A stretch of 45,394 bases of DNA from an uncultured Thermoanaerobaculia bacterium (GTDB taxonomy: Bacteria > Acidobacteriota > Thermoanaerobaculia > Gp7-AA8). This document shows positions 35,627 to 43,599 of the stretch, in pieces; position 1 is the stretch's first letter, and each line of letters begins with the position of its first letter. A model generated the notes under the pieces. That model had not been told where the DNA came from. It was given only the letters and a program-made list of their open reading frames with translations, and searched no databases. The translations under genes and the position numbers were made by a program. The stretch spans positions 1-45,394 of the forward strand of contig CAZKID010000003.1 in assembly GCA_964552405.1 (NCBI GenBank). The letters run 5' to 3'.

Positions 35627-35666
35627 GATGCCGGCCCGCGTGCAGGGCAGGCACCCTCACCTGTCA

Positions 35667-35876
35667 TCAATCCAGCCTGAAGCCCACCTTCATCTTCACC
35701 TGATACTGGACGACTTTCCCCTTGTCCACTCTTCCTCGCATCTCCACGACCTCGAACCAGTCGATGTGCCGCAGCGTCTGTGCGGCACGCTCGACACCGG
35801 CATCGGCGGCACGCGCAAAGGACTCGCTCGAAGTACCAACGATTTCAACGAGTTTGTAGATCTTGTTGTCGCTCAT
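35667..35876 (-). CDS. Dodecin-family flavin-binding protein
   Basis: 69 aa: MSDNKIYKLVEIVGTSSESFARAADAGVERAAQTLRHIDWFEVVEMRGRV..YQVKMKVGFRLD. This matches the dodecin pattern. Confidence 0.85.
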   Translation of the reverse strand: MSDNKIYKLVEIVGTSSESFARAADAGVERAAQTLRHIDWFEVVEMRGRVDKGKVVQYQVKMKVGFRLD

Positions 35877-35885
35877 GGGGGAAGT

Positions 35886-35947
35886 GTAGGACAGGCGCCC
35901 CCGCCTGTCCTATCGAGCATGTGAGCGGGCGGGGGCGCCCGTCCTAC
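35886..35947. repeat. Family-3 hairpin plus an inverted 20-nt copy, allowing two mutually exclusive pairings
   Basis: The local hairpin TAGGACAGGCG-CCCC-CGCCTGTCCTA lies at 35887-35912. In addition, 35886-35905 (GTAGGACAGGCGCCCCCGCC) is complementary in 19 of 20 positions to 35928-35947 (GGCGGGGGCGCCCGTCCTAC). It sits between divergent dodecin and amidase starts. Confidence 0.75.
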
Positions 35948-35976
35948 ATTACAATTACCTATTCGGGCGAGCGGGC

Positions 35977-36963
35977 ATGAGGATGGGCAAGATCGATCGG
36001 GCAAAGCGCCGGGTACTGCGTCAGGCAGTAGTCGACAATCTCGAAACGATTCGCGGCCTCCCGCCGCGAGGCGTCCGGCCCAACGTGCGCCGTAGCCGGC
36101 TCTGGATGCGCCGCCTCTCGATCGTCGTTCTTCCCATCATGCTCGCAGGCTCGACCTTTCTCCTGTCGAAGCCGGTGACCGAACCGATGTTCGTCGTGCA
36201 GCGCTCCATGCCGCACAAGCATGTCGCGGCCAATGTCTCGCAGCCTCTGCCGCTCTCGACGTATGAGAAGGTCGACCCCGCCGCGCTTCCGCTCAACGTT
36301 CATCGCGTCGTCATCGATGCAGGTCACGGCGGCACCGACCCGGGCACCACACTCCCGACACTCGCCGAGAAGGCAGTCACCCTCGACATCGCATCGCGTC
36401 TCGGTAAGTTGCTCGAGCAGGCCGGATTCGAAGTCATCACGACGCGAACAGACGATCACCTCATCCCGCTGCGCGAACGCGCGCACATCGCGAACGCATC
36501 CTCCAGCGACATCTTCGTCTCGATTCACGTCAACTCGATCGTCGAGCATACGAGCGAACATGGCGTGGAGACCTACTACCTCGGACCGACTCGCGACGCG
36601 AAGCTCACCAAGCTCGCGGCCGAGGAGAATCGAGAGTCGGGCTACTCGCTCGCCGACATGCGCAAGCTCCTCGACGGCATTTACATGGATGCGCGGCGCG
36701 ACGAGTCGCAGCGCCTCGCCACCGCGATTCAGTCGCAGCTTTACGGCGGACTGCGCAGCGCCGATCCCGGTCTGCAGAACTGGGGTGTAAAACGCGCGCC
36801 ATTCCTCGTGCTCGTCGCCACGGAAATGCCGGCCATCCTCGCCGAAGTCGGATGCATGTCGAACGACGGGGAAGTGGCGAAGCTCCAGCAACCCGAATAC
36901 AGAGAGAGGATCGCGAACGCACTCTTCGACGGAATCAGAACGTACGCGACAGAAAAGAAATGA
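35977..36963 (+). CDS. N-acetylmuramoyl-L-alanine amidase (Amidase_3) with a basic cytoplasmic N-terminal tail and one TM anchor
   Basis: About 45 Arg-rich residues, then the TM segment LSIVVLPIMLAGSTFLL. Catalytic domain VVIDAGHGGTDPGT.., FVSIHVNS, ETYYL, ILAEVGCMSN. Confidence 0.88.
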   Translation: MRMGKIDRAKRRVLRQAVVDNLETIRGLPPRGVRPNVRRSRLWMRRLSIVVLPIMLAGSTFLLSKPVTEPMFVVQRSMPHKHVAANVSQPLPLSTYEKVDPAALPLNVHRVVIDAGHGGTDPGTTLPTLAEKAVTLDIASRLGKLLEQAGFEVITTRTDDHLIPLRERAHIANASSSDIFVSIHVNSIVEHTSEHGVETYYLGPTRDAKLTKLAAEENRESGYSLADMRKLLDGIYMDARRDESQRLATAIQSQLYGGLRSADPGLQNWGVKRAPFLVLVATEMPAILAEVGCMSNDGEVAKLQQPEYRERIANALFDGIRTYATEKK

Positions 36964-38015
36964 AGGATGGATCGAAAAAGATGGCGGATGAAATCCTCCA
37001 CGTTGGGATCGACCTCGGCACCTCGCGCAGCGCGATCTCCGCGTCGAATGGCGAACGCTTCGTCGTCGACAGCTTCGTCGGCTGGCCAGTGGACATGGTC
37101 GCCAAGAAGGTACTGAAGCGCAACGTGATGATCGGCCATGAGGCCGTCTCGAATCGCACGATGCTCGATCTTCACCGGCCGCTCGAGCGCGGCCTGTTGA
37201 AGGAAGGTTCCGACAAGGATGTCGAAGCAGTGAAGGAACTGCTGCGCCATCTGCTGCGCCTGGTCGGCGTCGATGGAAACGGCGGCGGCAAGATTCCGAC
37301 GTCCAACGTCCGTGCCGTCGTCGGCGTCCCCGCCGCGGCACTTCGCACCAACAAGCAATATCTGCGCAACACGATGAAGGGCATCGTCGACAGCCTGATG
37401 ATCGTCAGCGAACCGTTCGCGGTTGCGTACGGACTCGATGCGCTGCTGCATACGATGATCATCGACATCGGCGCCGGCACCACCGACTTCTGCGTGATGA
37501 AGGGCCGCTATCCGACGGAAGAGGATCAGCGGACGCTCACGTCCGCGGGAGACTCGATCGACGGCCATCTGCACAAGCTCATCTCCGAGCGCTATCCGCA
37601 GGCCAACATCACCATCTTCATGGTGCGCGAGTGGAAGGAGAAGCACAGCTTCGTCAACAAGCCGCCGGAGAAGGTGATGGTCACCGCGCCAGTCAACGGA
37701 GTGCCGACGGAGTTCGACATTACGACTGAGATGAAGGCGGCGTGCGAAACGCTCCTCGGACCGACAGTGGAAACGATGCTCGATCTCTTGTCGCGCGTCG
37801 AACCGGAGTTCCAGGAGCGCGTGCGCAACAACATCATTCTCTCCGGCGGCGGCGGCCTGATTCGCGGACTGCCCGAGGCACTGCAGGAGGCGCTGAAACA
37901 GGTCGGCGGCGGCAAGGTCACCTACATGGAGGACCCGGTGTTCGTCGGCAGCGACGGCGGACTGGCACTGGCGATCGACGCTCCCGATACCGACTGGGAA
38001 AAACTCTCGTCCTAG
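36960..38015 (+). CDS. MamK-like / MreB-superfamily actin-like protein
   Basis: ATG overlaps the amidase stop (ATGA). Actin-fold motifs HVGIDLGTSRSA, VVGVPAAA, VSEPFAVAYGLD, IIDIGAGTTDFCV, ILSGGGGLIRGL. From memory, the overall pattern is closer to MamK than to MreB. Confidence 0.8.
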   Translation: MKDGSKKMADEILHVGIDLGTSRSAISASNGERFVVDSFVGWPVDMVAKKVLKRNVMIGHEAVSNRTMLDLHRPLERGLLKEGSDKDVEAVKELLRHLLRLVGVDGNGGGKIPTSNVRAVVGVPAAALRTNKQYLRNTMKGIVDSLMIVSEPFAVAYGLDALLHTMIIDIGAGTTDFCVMKGRYPTEEDQRTLTSAGDSIDGHLHKLISERYPQANITIFMVREWKEKHSFVNKPPEKVMVTAPVNGVPTEFDITTEMKAACETLLGPTVETMLDLLSRVEPEFQERVRNNIILSGGGGLIRGLPEALQEALKQVGGGKVTYMEDPVFVGSDGGLALAIDAPDTDWEKLSS

Positions 38016-38020
38016 GAGAA

Positions 38021-38110
38021 GGGGTCAGGTCGAAAGTCGAAACATCGCTCTACACGAGGAAGAAGATTCTACGGTCTGTTGAGCGATGTTTCGACTTTCG
38101 ACCTGACCCC
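38021..38110. repeat. Perfect 30-bp inverted repeat with a 30-nt loop
   Basis: 38021-38050 (GGGGTCAGGTCGAAAGTCGAAACATCGCTC) is the exact reverse complement of 38081-38110. Each arm contains GTCGAAA twice. It starts 5 nt after the actin-like stop and ends 5 nt before the next ATG. Confidence 0.95.
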
Positions 38111-38115
38111 ATCCC

Positions 38116-38910
38116 ATGCAGCGCGCGATCATCTTCCTCACCGTTCTTCTCCTCGCGTTCATCGCGTTTGCACAATTCCTCCGCCGCACCGGCATGTTCT
38201 TCCCGGAGCGCTATCCGCTCGGCAACTGGTCCTCGCCGCGCGGCGAGGATGTCTGGATCACGACGAGTGACAAGGTCCGCCTGCACGGTTGGCTCTTTCG
38301 CGCAGCAGCTCCGCACGCTCCGCTGCTCCTCTTCTTCCACGGCAACGCCGGCAATATTACGGAACGCGCGCCGATCGCGATCGGACTCGCACAGCACGGC
38401 ATCAGCGTTCTGCTCTTCGACTGGCGCGGCTATGGGCGCAGTGAAGGCTCCCCCTCCGAATCAGAGCTCTACAAAGACGCCGAGGCCGTGTATCAATTTG
38501 CGAACACGAAAGACGTCGCGCTGTACGGCGAGTCGCTGGGCGGCCCGTATGCTGCGTCAATCGCAAAGGCACATGGGGCACGCGCGTTGATTCTCGACAG
38601 CACCTTCCCGTCGCTCGGCGCGCTTGGCAACACCCTCTACTGGCCGATCCCCCTCGGCGCGACTGCTCCGTTCGCGCTCCGCACGCGTACGTGGGCAAAC
38701 GAGTCCCACGTCCCCACGCTCGTCCTTCACAGCCGCAACGACGACGTCATCCCGTACAAGCTCGGCAAGGCTCTCTACGATGAGCTGCGCGTGCCGAAAG
38801 AGATGCTGACGTCCGATGTCCGCGGACACTGCGCAATCTCGTTCGACGATCCACGGTATTTCGACACAGTGGCTCGCTTCGTGAAATCCACTTTCGCATC
38901 ACATTCGTAG
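38116..38910 (+). CDS. Alpha/beta hydrolase (BEM46/ABHD13-like) with an N-terminal TM or signal anchor
   Basis: LLLFFHGNAGN.., FDWRGYGRSEG, nucleophile elbow GESLGG, and a late HSRNDDVIP..H pattern. Confidence 0.8.
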   Translation: MQRAIIFLTVLLLAFIAFAQFLRRTGMFFPERYPLGNWSSPRGEDVWITTSDKVRLHGWLFRAAAPHAPLLLFFHGNAGNITERAPIAIGLAQHGISVLLFDWRGYGRSEGSPSESELYKDAEAVYQFANTKDVALYGESLGGPYAASIAKAHGARALILDSTFPSLGALGNTLYWPIPLGATAPFALRTRTWANESHVPTLVLHSRNDDVIPYKLGKALYDELRVPKEMLTSDVRGHCAISFDDPRYFDTVARFVKSTFASHS

Positions 38911-38934
38911 CTGCAGAAAACAGGAGGCACAGCT

Positions 38935-39951
38935 ATGTCCGCAATTCCCCGCGATCAGGCGGAGGCACCGCCGCACGCTCACGTTCTGCAATTGATGATG
39001 GGTATGTGGCATTCGCAGATCGTCGCGTCTGCTGCGCGATTCGGGATCGCAGACTTCATCGCGTCGGGCGTTCACGACGTCGAGTCGCTGGCGCATGAAT
39101 GCGAAGCAGACCCGGAGGCGCTGTATCGTCTGCTTCGCGCGTGCGCGGCATTGGGCCTCTTCGCCGAATCACCCGGACGGCGCTTCGCACTCACACCCAT
39201 TGGCGCGTGCCTGCGTTCAGCAGGTGCCGGCTCGCTGCGCGATCTTCTGATCGCCGAGGCCGCGCCAGGACATTGGCTGCCGTGGGGCCAGTTGTACGAC
39301 GCGGTCAAATCCGGCAAGTCGCTCTCCGCTGAAATCCTTGGGATGCCGGTCTGGGAGTACTACGCAAAGAATCACGAAGAAGGTGCGAGTTTCGCTCGCG
39401 GCATGGGCAATCTCTCCGCGATCGTCTCCCAGGATGTGACACGCGTTTTCAACGCGAGTCACTTCGAACGGATCGTCGATGTCGGAGGGAGCCAGGGAGT
39501 ACTGCTCTCCTCGCTCCTCGCGCACAACAACAAGGCGCGCGGCGTGCTCTTCGATCGCGCAGACGTCATCGAGGAAGCGCGTAGGAATGTGGATCAGACG
39601 CGCATCGAGCTCGTTGCCGGCGACTTCTTCGAGGAAGTCCCGGCGAACGGGGCTCTCTATCTACTGAAGTCGATCCTGCACGACTGGCCGGACGAGAAGT
39701 GCGCCACGATTCTGAATCGCGTGCATCGCGCCGCGCGGCCCGGCGCGACGCTGCTGGTCGTCGAGATGCTGTTGCCCGATACGCCGCAGCCCTCGCCTGC
39801 AGCCTTCATGGACCTGAACATGCTCGTCATGCTGAACGGGCGTGAGCGAACCGCAAACGAGATGACCGCCATGCTCAAAGCGGAACGTTTCGATGTAACA
39901 AAGATGATTCCAATGGGGACGTTCACGCTCACGGAGGCTGTGCGGACGTAG
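38935..39951 (+). CDS. Class I SAM-dependent O-methyltransferase (Methyltransf_2 with an N-terminal dimerisation domain)
   Basis: AGGAGG RBS. A winged-helix-like N-domain, then VDVGGSQGVLLSSLL, GDFFEEVP and LLKSILHDWPDEKC, typical of COMT/hydroxyneurosporene-type OMTs. Confidence 0.85.
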   Translation: MSAIPRDQAEAPPHAHVLQLMMGMWHSQIVASAARFGIADFIASGVHDVESLAHECEADPEALYRLLRACAALGLFAESPGRRFALTPIGACLRSAGAGSLRDLLIAEAAPGHWLPWGQLYDAVKSGKSLSAEILGMPVWEYYAKNHEEGASFARGMGNLSAIVSQDVTRVFNASHFERIVDVGGSQGVLLSSLLAHNNKARGVLFDRADVIEEARRNVDQTRIELVAGDFFEEVPANGALYLLKSILHDWPDEKCATILNRVHRAARPGATLLVVEMLLPDTPQPSPAAFMDLNMLVMLNGRERTANEMTAMLKAERFDVTKMIPMGTFTLTEAVRT

Positions 39952-39987
39952 TTTTTGACGGACAATTCCTCCCCGGAGGAAGGTCCC

Positions 39988-41697
39988 GTGCGACAACTCG
40001 CCATCGCAGTGCTCGCTGTTCTTCCCGCCTTCGCGCAGCAGACACAGCAGCAGGCTCCGCAGCAGACGTTCTTCACGGAATCGATCGAAGTCCGCGTGAT
40101 CAACGTCGACGTCGTCGTCACGAAAGACGGACACCCCGCCGCGGGTCTCACGAAGGACGACTTCGAATTGCTCGAGAACGGCAAGCCTCAGCCGATCACG
40201 AACTTTCTGGAGATTCGCGGCGAGGCAGCGCCGCCCGCGGGTCATGCGGCTGCGCCGGCGGCGCCAGCAGAGACGCCGAAGCCTTCTCAGGACCTTCGAG
40301 GCAGAAACATCGTCGTGTTCATCGATTCGACTTCGGTGCAAGGATTCACGCGGGACAGGATTCTCCCGACCCTGCAGCAGTTCATCGAGCGCGCGATGGA
40401 TAAGGGCGATCGCGTCATGGTCGTCTCCTGGAATCCGGGACTGAAGGTCGATCTGCCTTTCACGACCCATCGTACAGAGGCATCGACGGTGCTGCAACGA
40501 ATGGTTGGGACGCTGACGGCCGGCACGCGATCGCGCAGCGACTTTGCAGAAGCCCAGCGGGATATCCTCCAGGCCGCATCGGGCATGACTCAGACACAGC
40601 CTGGTCCGGTGGGCCAGGTCACCCTCATCCGGCCGCCGATCAGTGACGGGATCGCCCGCGCACGTTTCTACACCGACCGCGTGATCTTTGCGCAGTCCCA
40701 GCGAATCGAGGCGCTCAAGAGCGTTCTCGCTTCCCTGCGCGGCCTCAGCGGAAGAAATGCGCTCGTCCTGCTGACGGATCAGCTCACCACCAATCCTGCG
40801 CTTCCCATCTTTCAGTTCCTGGAAGGTCAGAAGGACAAGTTCGACGGCGCGTCGGGCTTCAGCGCGATCGTCGAGGCCAAGCAATTCGAGGATCCCAGGA
40901 TCGTCAGCGAGTTGGCCGACCTCGCCAACAGTACGGGTGTCGTCCTCTATCCGATTTCCGCATCGGGCCTGGGAGTCGACAACGAAAACATCAGCGCGGA
41001 ACGCTCGGCGGGTGAGTACTCCGCCGTGACGCGTTCGATCGTCACCGCGGATGAAGGCCTCGTGACACTGCGCCAGATCGCAGCGGCGACGGGCGGCACT
41101 GCCCTGACCGGCTCGAACAACTTCCAGCTCGCCTTCGACACCGTCGCTCAGGACATGGCGAATTACTACTCCCTCGGCTATCACACGGAAGGGCAGCGGC
41201 AGGACGCCGTCCGCACGATCAGCGTGAAGTTGAAGAAGAAGGGCTACAACGTTCGCACACGTGAGACGTTCGTCGAAAAATCGCTCGGCTCGGAGATGCA
41301 GGACGCCGTCGCTTCGAACCTGCTCTACCCCATCACGAAGAATGACCTGAACGTCACGATGGTCTCGGCTGGTCCGGCAGCAAACACCGAGAACGAGCGG
41401 CGCATCGTTCCCGTCTACGTAAAGATTCCGACGAGCAACCTGACGCTCATTCCCGACGGAACGGATCTCGTCGGACAGTTCTCGAGCTTCACCGCCTTCA
41501 TGCGGCGCGACGGGCGAGTGTCGGAAGTGAAGAAGTTGCAGCACCAGCTGCGCTTCCCTGCGGACTCACTCAAGCGGCGCAAAGAGATCACGGTGAAACT
41601 CGATCTGACTGTGGACGACAAGACGGAGGATGTGTCGGTTGGCGTCATGGACGACGCGAGTCACGTGACGGGGTTCGCGAGGCTCGGCGTGTCGTAA
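39988..41697 (+). CDS. Secreted VWA-domain protein of the VWFA-related Acidobacterial type
   Basis: GTG at 39988 after GGAGGAAGG. Signal peptide VRQLAIAVLAVLPAFA. N-domain VRVINVDVVVTKDGHPAAGLTKDDFELLENGKPQPITNF, then a VWA-like part (IVVFIDSTS..). Confidence 0.8.
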   Translation: MRQLAIAVLAVLPAFAQQTQQQAPQQTFFTESIEVRVINVDVVVTKDGHPAAGLTKDDFELLENGKPQPITNFLEIRGEAAPPAGHAAAPAAPAETPKPSQDLRGRNIVVFIDSTSVQGFTRDRILPTLQQFIERAMDKGDRVMVVSWNPGLKVDLPFTTHRTEASTVLQRMVGTLTAGTRSRSDFAEAQRDILQAASGMTQTQPGPVGQVTLIRPPISDGIARARFYTDRVIFAQSQRIEALKSVLASLRGLSGRNALVLLTDQLTTNPALPIFQFLEGQKDKFDGASGFSAIVEAKQFEDPRIVSELADLANSTGVVLYPISASGLGVDNENISAERSAGEYSAVTRSIVTADEGLVTLRQIAAATGGTALTGSNNFQLAFDTVAQDMANYYSLGYHTEGQRQDAVRTISVKLKKKGYNVRTRETFVEKSLGSEMQDAVASNLLYPITKNDLNVTMVSAGPAANTENERRIVPVYVKIPTSNLTLIPDGTDLVGQFSSFTAFMRRDGRVSEVKKLQHQLRFPADSLKRRKEITVKLDLTVDDKTEDVSVGVMDDASHVTGFARLGVS

Positions 41698-41702
41698 GAC
41701 GG

Positions 41703-42389
41703 CTAGAGGTAAACCGATTCGTCGATCGCGGCAAATCCCGCAAAGCCATGCGGCAATAGTTCTTCGCGCTTGATCGAGAGCAGCGCCCGCGCGATTCGCT
41801 GCTTCTCTGCGGCGGGCAGCGCGCGCCGGATGATCGACGGCTGAATCGGAAACGGTCCCCACGACTCGATGACGCGCAAATCCTCACGCGAATGGAGCGC
41901 GAGCACGTTCGAATCGATTGCCGCGGCATCCGCCCGGCCATCGCTCACGAATTCGAGAGAGTTGAGGTGCGATCCCGCATGGAGCAGCTCGCCAAAAAAT
42001 TCGCCGGAGCCCGCGCGCTCGAGCATGCTGAACCAACCGCTGCGCGAGTTGCGATCGTTGTAGGCCCAGCGCGTTCCGCGAAGCTCGTCGAACATGCGCA
42101 CCTGCGAATCGGCGCGCACGACGACATCCGCGAAGTAGACCGGCTGTCCCTTTGCGCGAGGGTCGCTCGGTACGAGCGCGGGCAGGAGCTCGACGGAATC
42201 GCGCAGCACGCGATACGACGGCGCGCAAACAAAACCGAGGTCGGCGTCGCCGCGCGTGAAGGGCTCGTCGTCACCCGGCTGGGGGCCGGAGATCGTCTCC
42301 TCGAACACGAGCTCGGCACCGACATGCCGGGCGATCGTTTCGAACAGAGCCGCCGGGATCGACGGAGCGAGATAGCTGATCAGTCGCAA
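41703..42389 (-). CDS. PhnD/phosphonate-binding-fold (PBP type 2) protein without an obvious signal peptide
   Basis: The pattern LRLISYLAPS.., YFADVVVRADS, DELRGTRWAYNDRNSRSGW, GSHLNSLEFVSDGRADAAAIDS fits the Phosphonate-bd family. The ORF extends to 42464, but that would overlap exbD. A TTG at 42389 is proposed as the start, with low certainty. Confidence 0.65.
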   Translation of the reverse strand: MRLISYLAPSIPAALFETIARHVGAELVFEETISGPQPGDDEPFTRGDADLGFVCAPSYRVLRDSVELLPALVPSDPRAKGQPVYFADVVVRADSQVRMFDELRGTRWAYNDRNSRSGWFSMLERAGSGEFFGELLHAGSHLNSLEFVSDGRADAAAIDSNVLALHSREDLRVIESWGPFPIQPSIIRRALPAAEKQRIARALLSIKREELLPHGFAGFAAIDESVYL

Positions 42390-42441
42390 GTTCGGTTTCC
42401 AACAACCAGATCGCGGTGTCTCATTTCGCAAGGAGGCGATC

Positions 42442-42864
<423 letters not shown>

Positions 42865-42868
42865 GGCG

Positions 42869-43154
42869 TCACGGGTGCCGAAACGGACGTCCGCATCGAT
42901 TCAACAACGGGCGATCGAGCGTCACCGTGTCACCCCACCCGAGCATTGCGGCGTCCGATGACGTAGTCCGCGAAATCGCCCGCGCCCGATGCATAGTCAT
43001 CGAGTGCACAGCGCAACAGCTCACGATCGTCGAAGGAGAACATCGAGGCGCTCAACATCTTATCGATGGCATCGACGATGACCGGCTTCGTCAGACGGCA
43101 GGCGGCCCGAAGAACCCAGACGACTTCGCAGAGAACGATGTCATCAACCGCCTT
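42869..43154 (-). pseudogene. Decayed PIN-domain (VapC-like) toxin remnant: 5'-truncated and frameshifted near the 3' end
   Basis: Own translation of the minus strand: (TAG)KAVDDIVLCEVVWVLRAACRLTKPVIVDAIDKMLSASMFSFDDRELLRCALDDYASGAGDFADYVIGRRNARVG* (43154-42930). It continues in another frame as VTLDRPLLNRCGRPFRHP*. This matches the central and C-terminal parts of VapC PIN proteins. There is no start codon and no N-terminal DTN-type Asp segment. Confidence 0.5.
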
Positions 43155-43390
43155 CTAGCATGCTCCCGGAGAACCGCGCCATTCATGGTTTCCACGCTCA
43201 CGGGACGGCGTCCGGAACGCTTCAGCAAGCCCCTCAACTCACGAAGATCGAGACTTGCGCCGCGAACGACGACATCTCCACGGTCGGTGATGATGAAGTC
43301 GATCTGATCTCCGGCTTCGATGCCCAGCGTCTCCCGAATACTCTTCGGAATTGTGAGCTGGCCTTTGCTAGTAACGGTCGCGGTTGGCAT
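43091..43390 (-). CDS. AbrB/MazE/SpoVT-family antitoxin (VapB-like)
   Basis: MPTATVTSKGQLTIPKSIRETLGIEAGDQIDFII.. is the looped-hinge-helix/AbrB motif. The last ~20 aa (LMTSFSAKSSGFFGPPAV) look like read-through into the decayed toxin region. Confidence 0.8.
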   Translation of the reverse strand: MPTATVTSKGQLTIPKSIRETLGIEAGDQIDFIITDRGDVVVRGASLDLRELRGLLKRSGRRPVSVETMNGAVLREHARRRLMTSFSAKSSGFFGPPAV

Positions 43391-43430
43391 TCCTTACTCA
43401 GTGTAAGGATCGCACCAAAATTCCTTACCC
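43391..43430. promoter_or_regulatory. Palindrome and repeated CCTTAC motif abutting the antitoxin start; candidate operator
   Basis: TCCTTAC-TCAGT-GTAAGGA at 43391-43409, and a third CCTTAC at 43423-43428. It lies directly upstream of the ATG (43390, minus strand). Confidence 0.35.
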
Positions 43431-43557
43431 GTCGTGGAGCGCCGCTCAGAGTCCTGCAGCGCCATTGTCTGTCGGTCCGATTTTCCCTGCAGCTCTTCGG
43501 GATATCCGGTCGGAGACGCCGTCATGCTGCCGTCGCTCAGTTCGGCAGGACCTGCTC

Positions 43558-43591
43558 GTTCCCCTCTCCCGCGCGGCGGGGAGAGGGGAAC
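43558..43591. repeat. Family-4 hairpin (GGGGAGAGGGGAAC motif) 8 nt downstream of the gdh stop
   Basis: GTTCCCCTCTCCC, an 8-nt loop, then GGGAGAGGGGAAC; a 13-bp perfect stem. The GGGGAGAGGGGA core is also in the hairpin at 11-40. There is no T-run. Confidence 0.75.
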
Positions 43592-43599
43592 AACGGCTT

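Noticed and set aside
35877-35976. FMN riboswitch upstream of the flavin-binding dodecin gene.
   Set aside because: The region is too short and lacks the conserved FMN-element sequence blocks. The structure is a copy of the family-3 repeat also found at 25555.
39661-41544. Very long ORFs antisense to or overlapping confident genes. Examples: 39661..41544(-), 7547..9007(+), 41892..43307(+), 26350..27543(+), 12936..14108(+), 18062..19054(+), 34356..35219(-), 33431..34126(-), 43384..44265(+).
   Set aside because: They are typical stop-poor shadow frames of high-GC DNA. Their translations are Arg/Ala/Pro-rich with no recognisable motifs. The opposite or alternative frame in each case encodes a well-recognised protein with strong GC3 bias.
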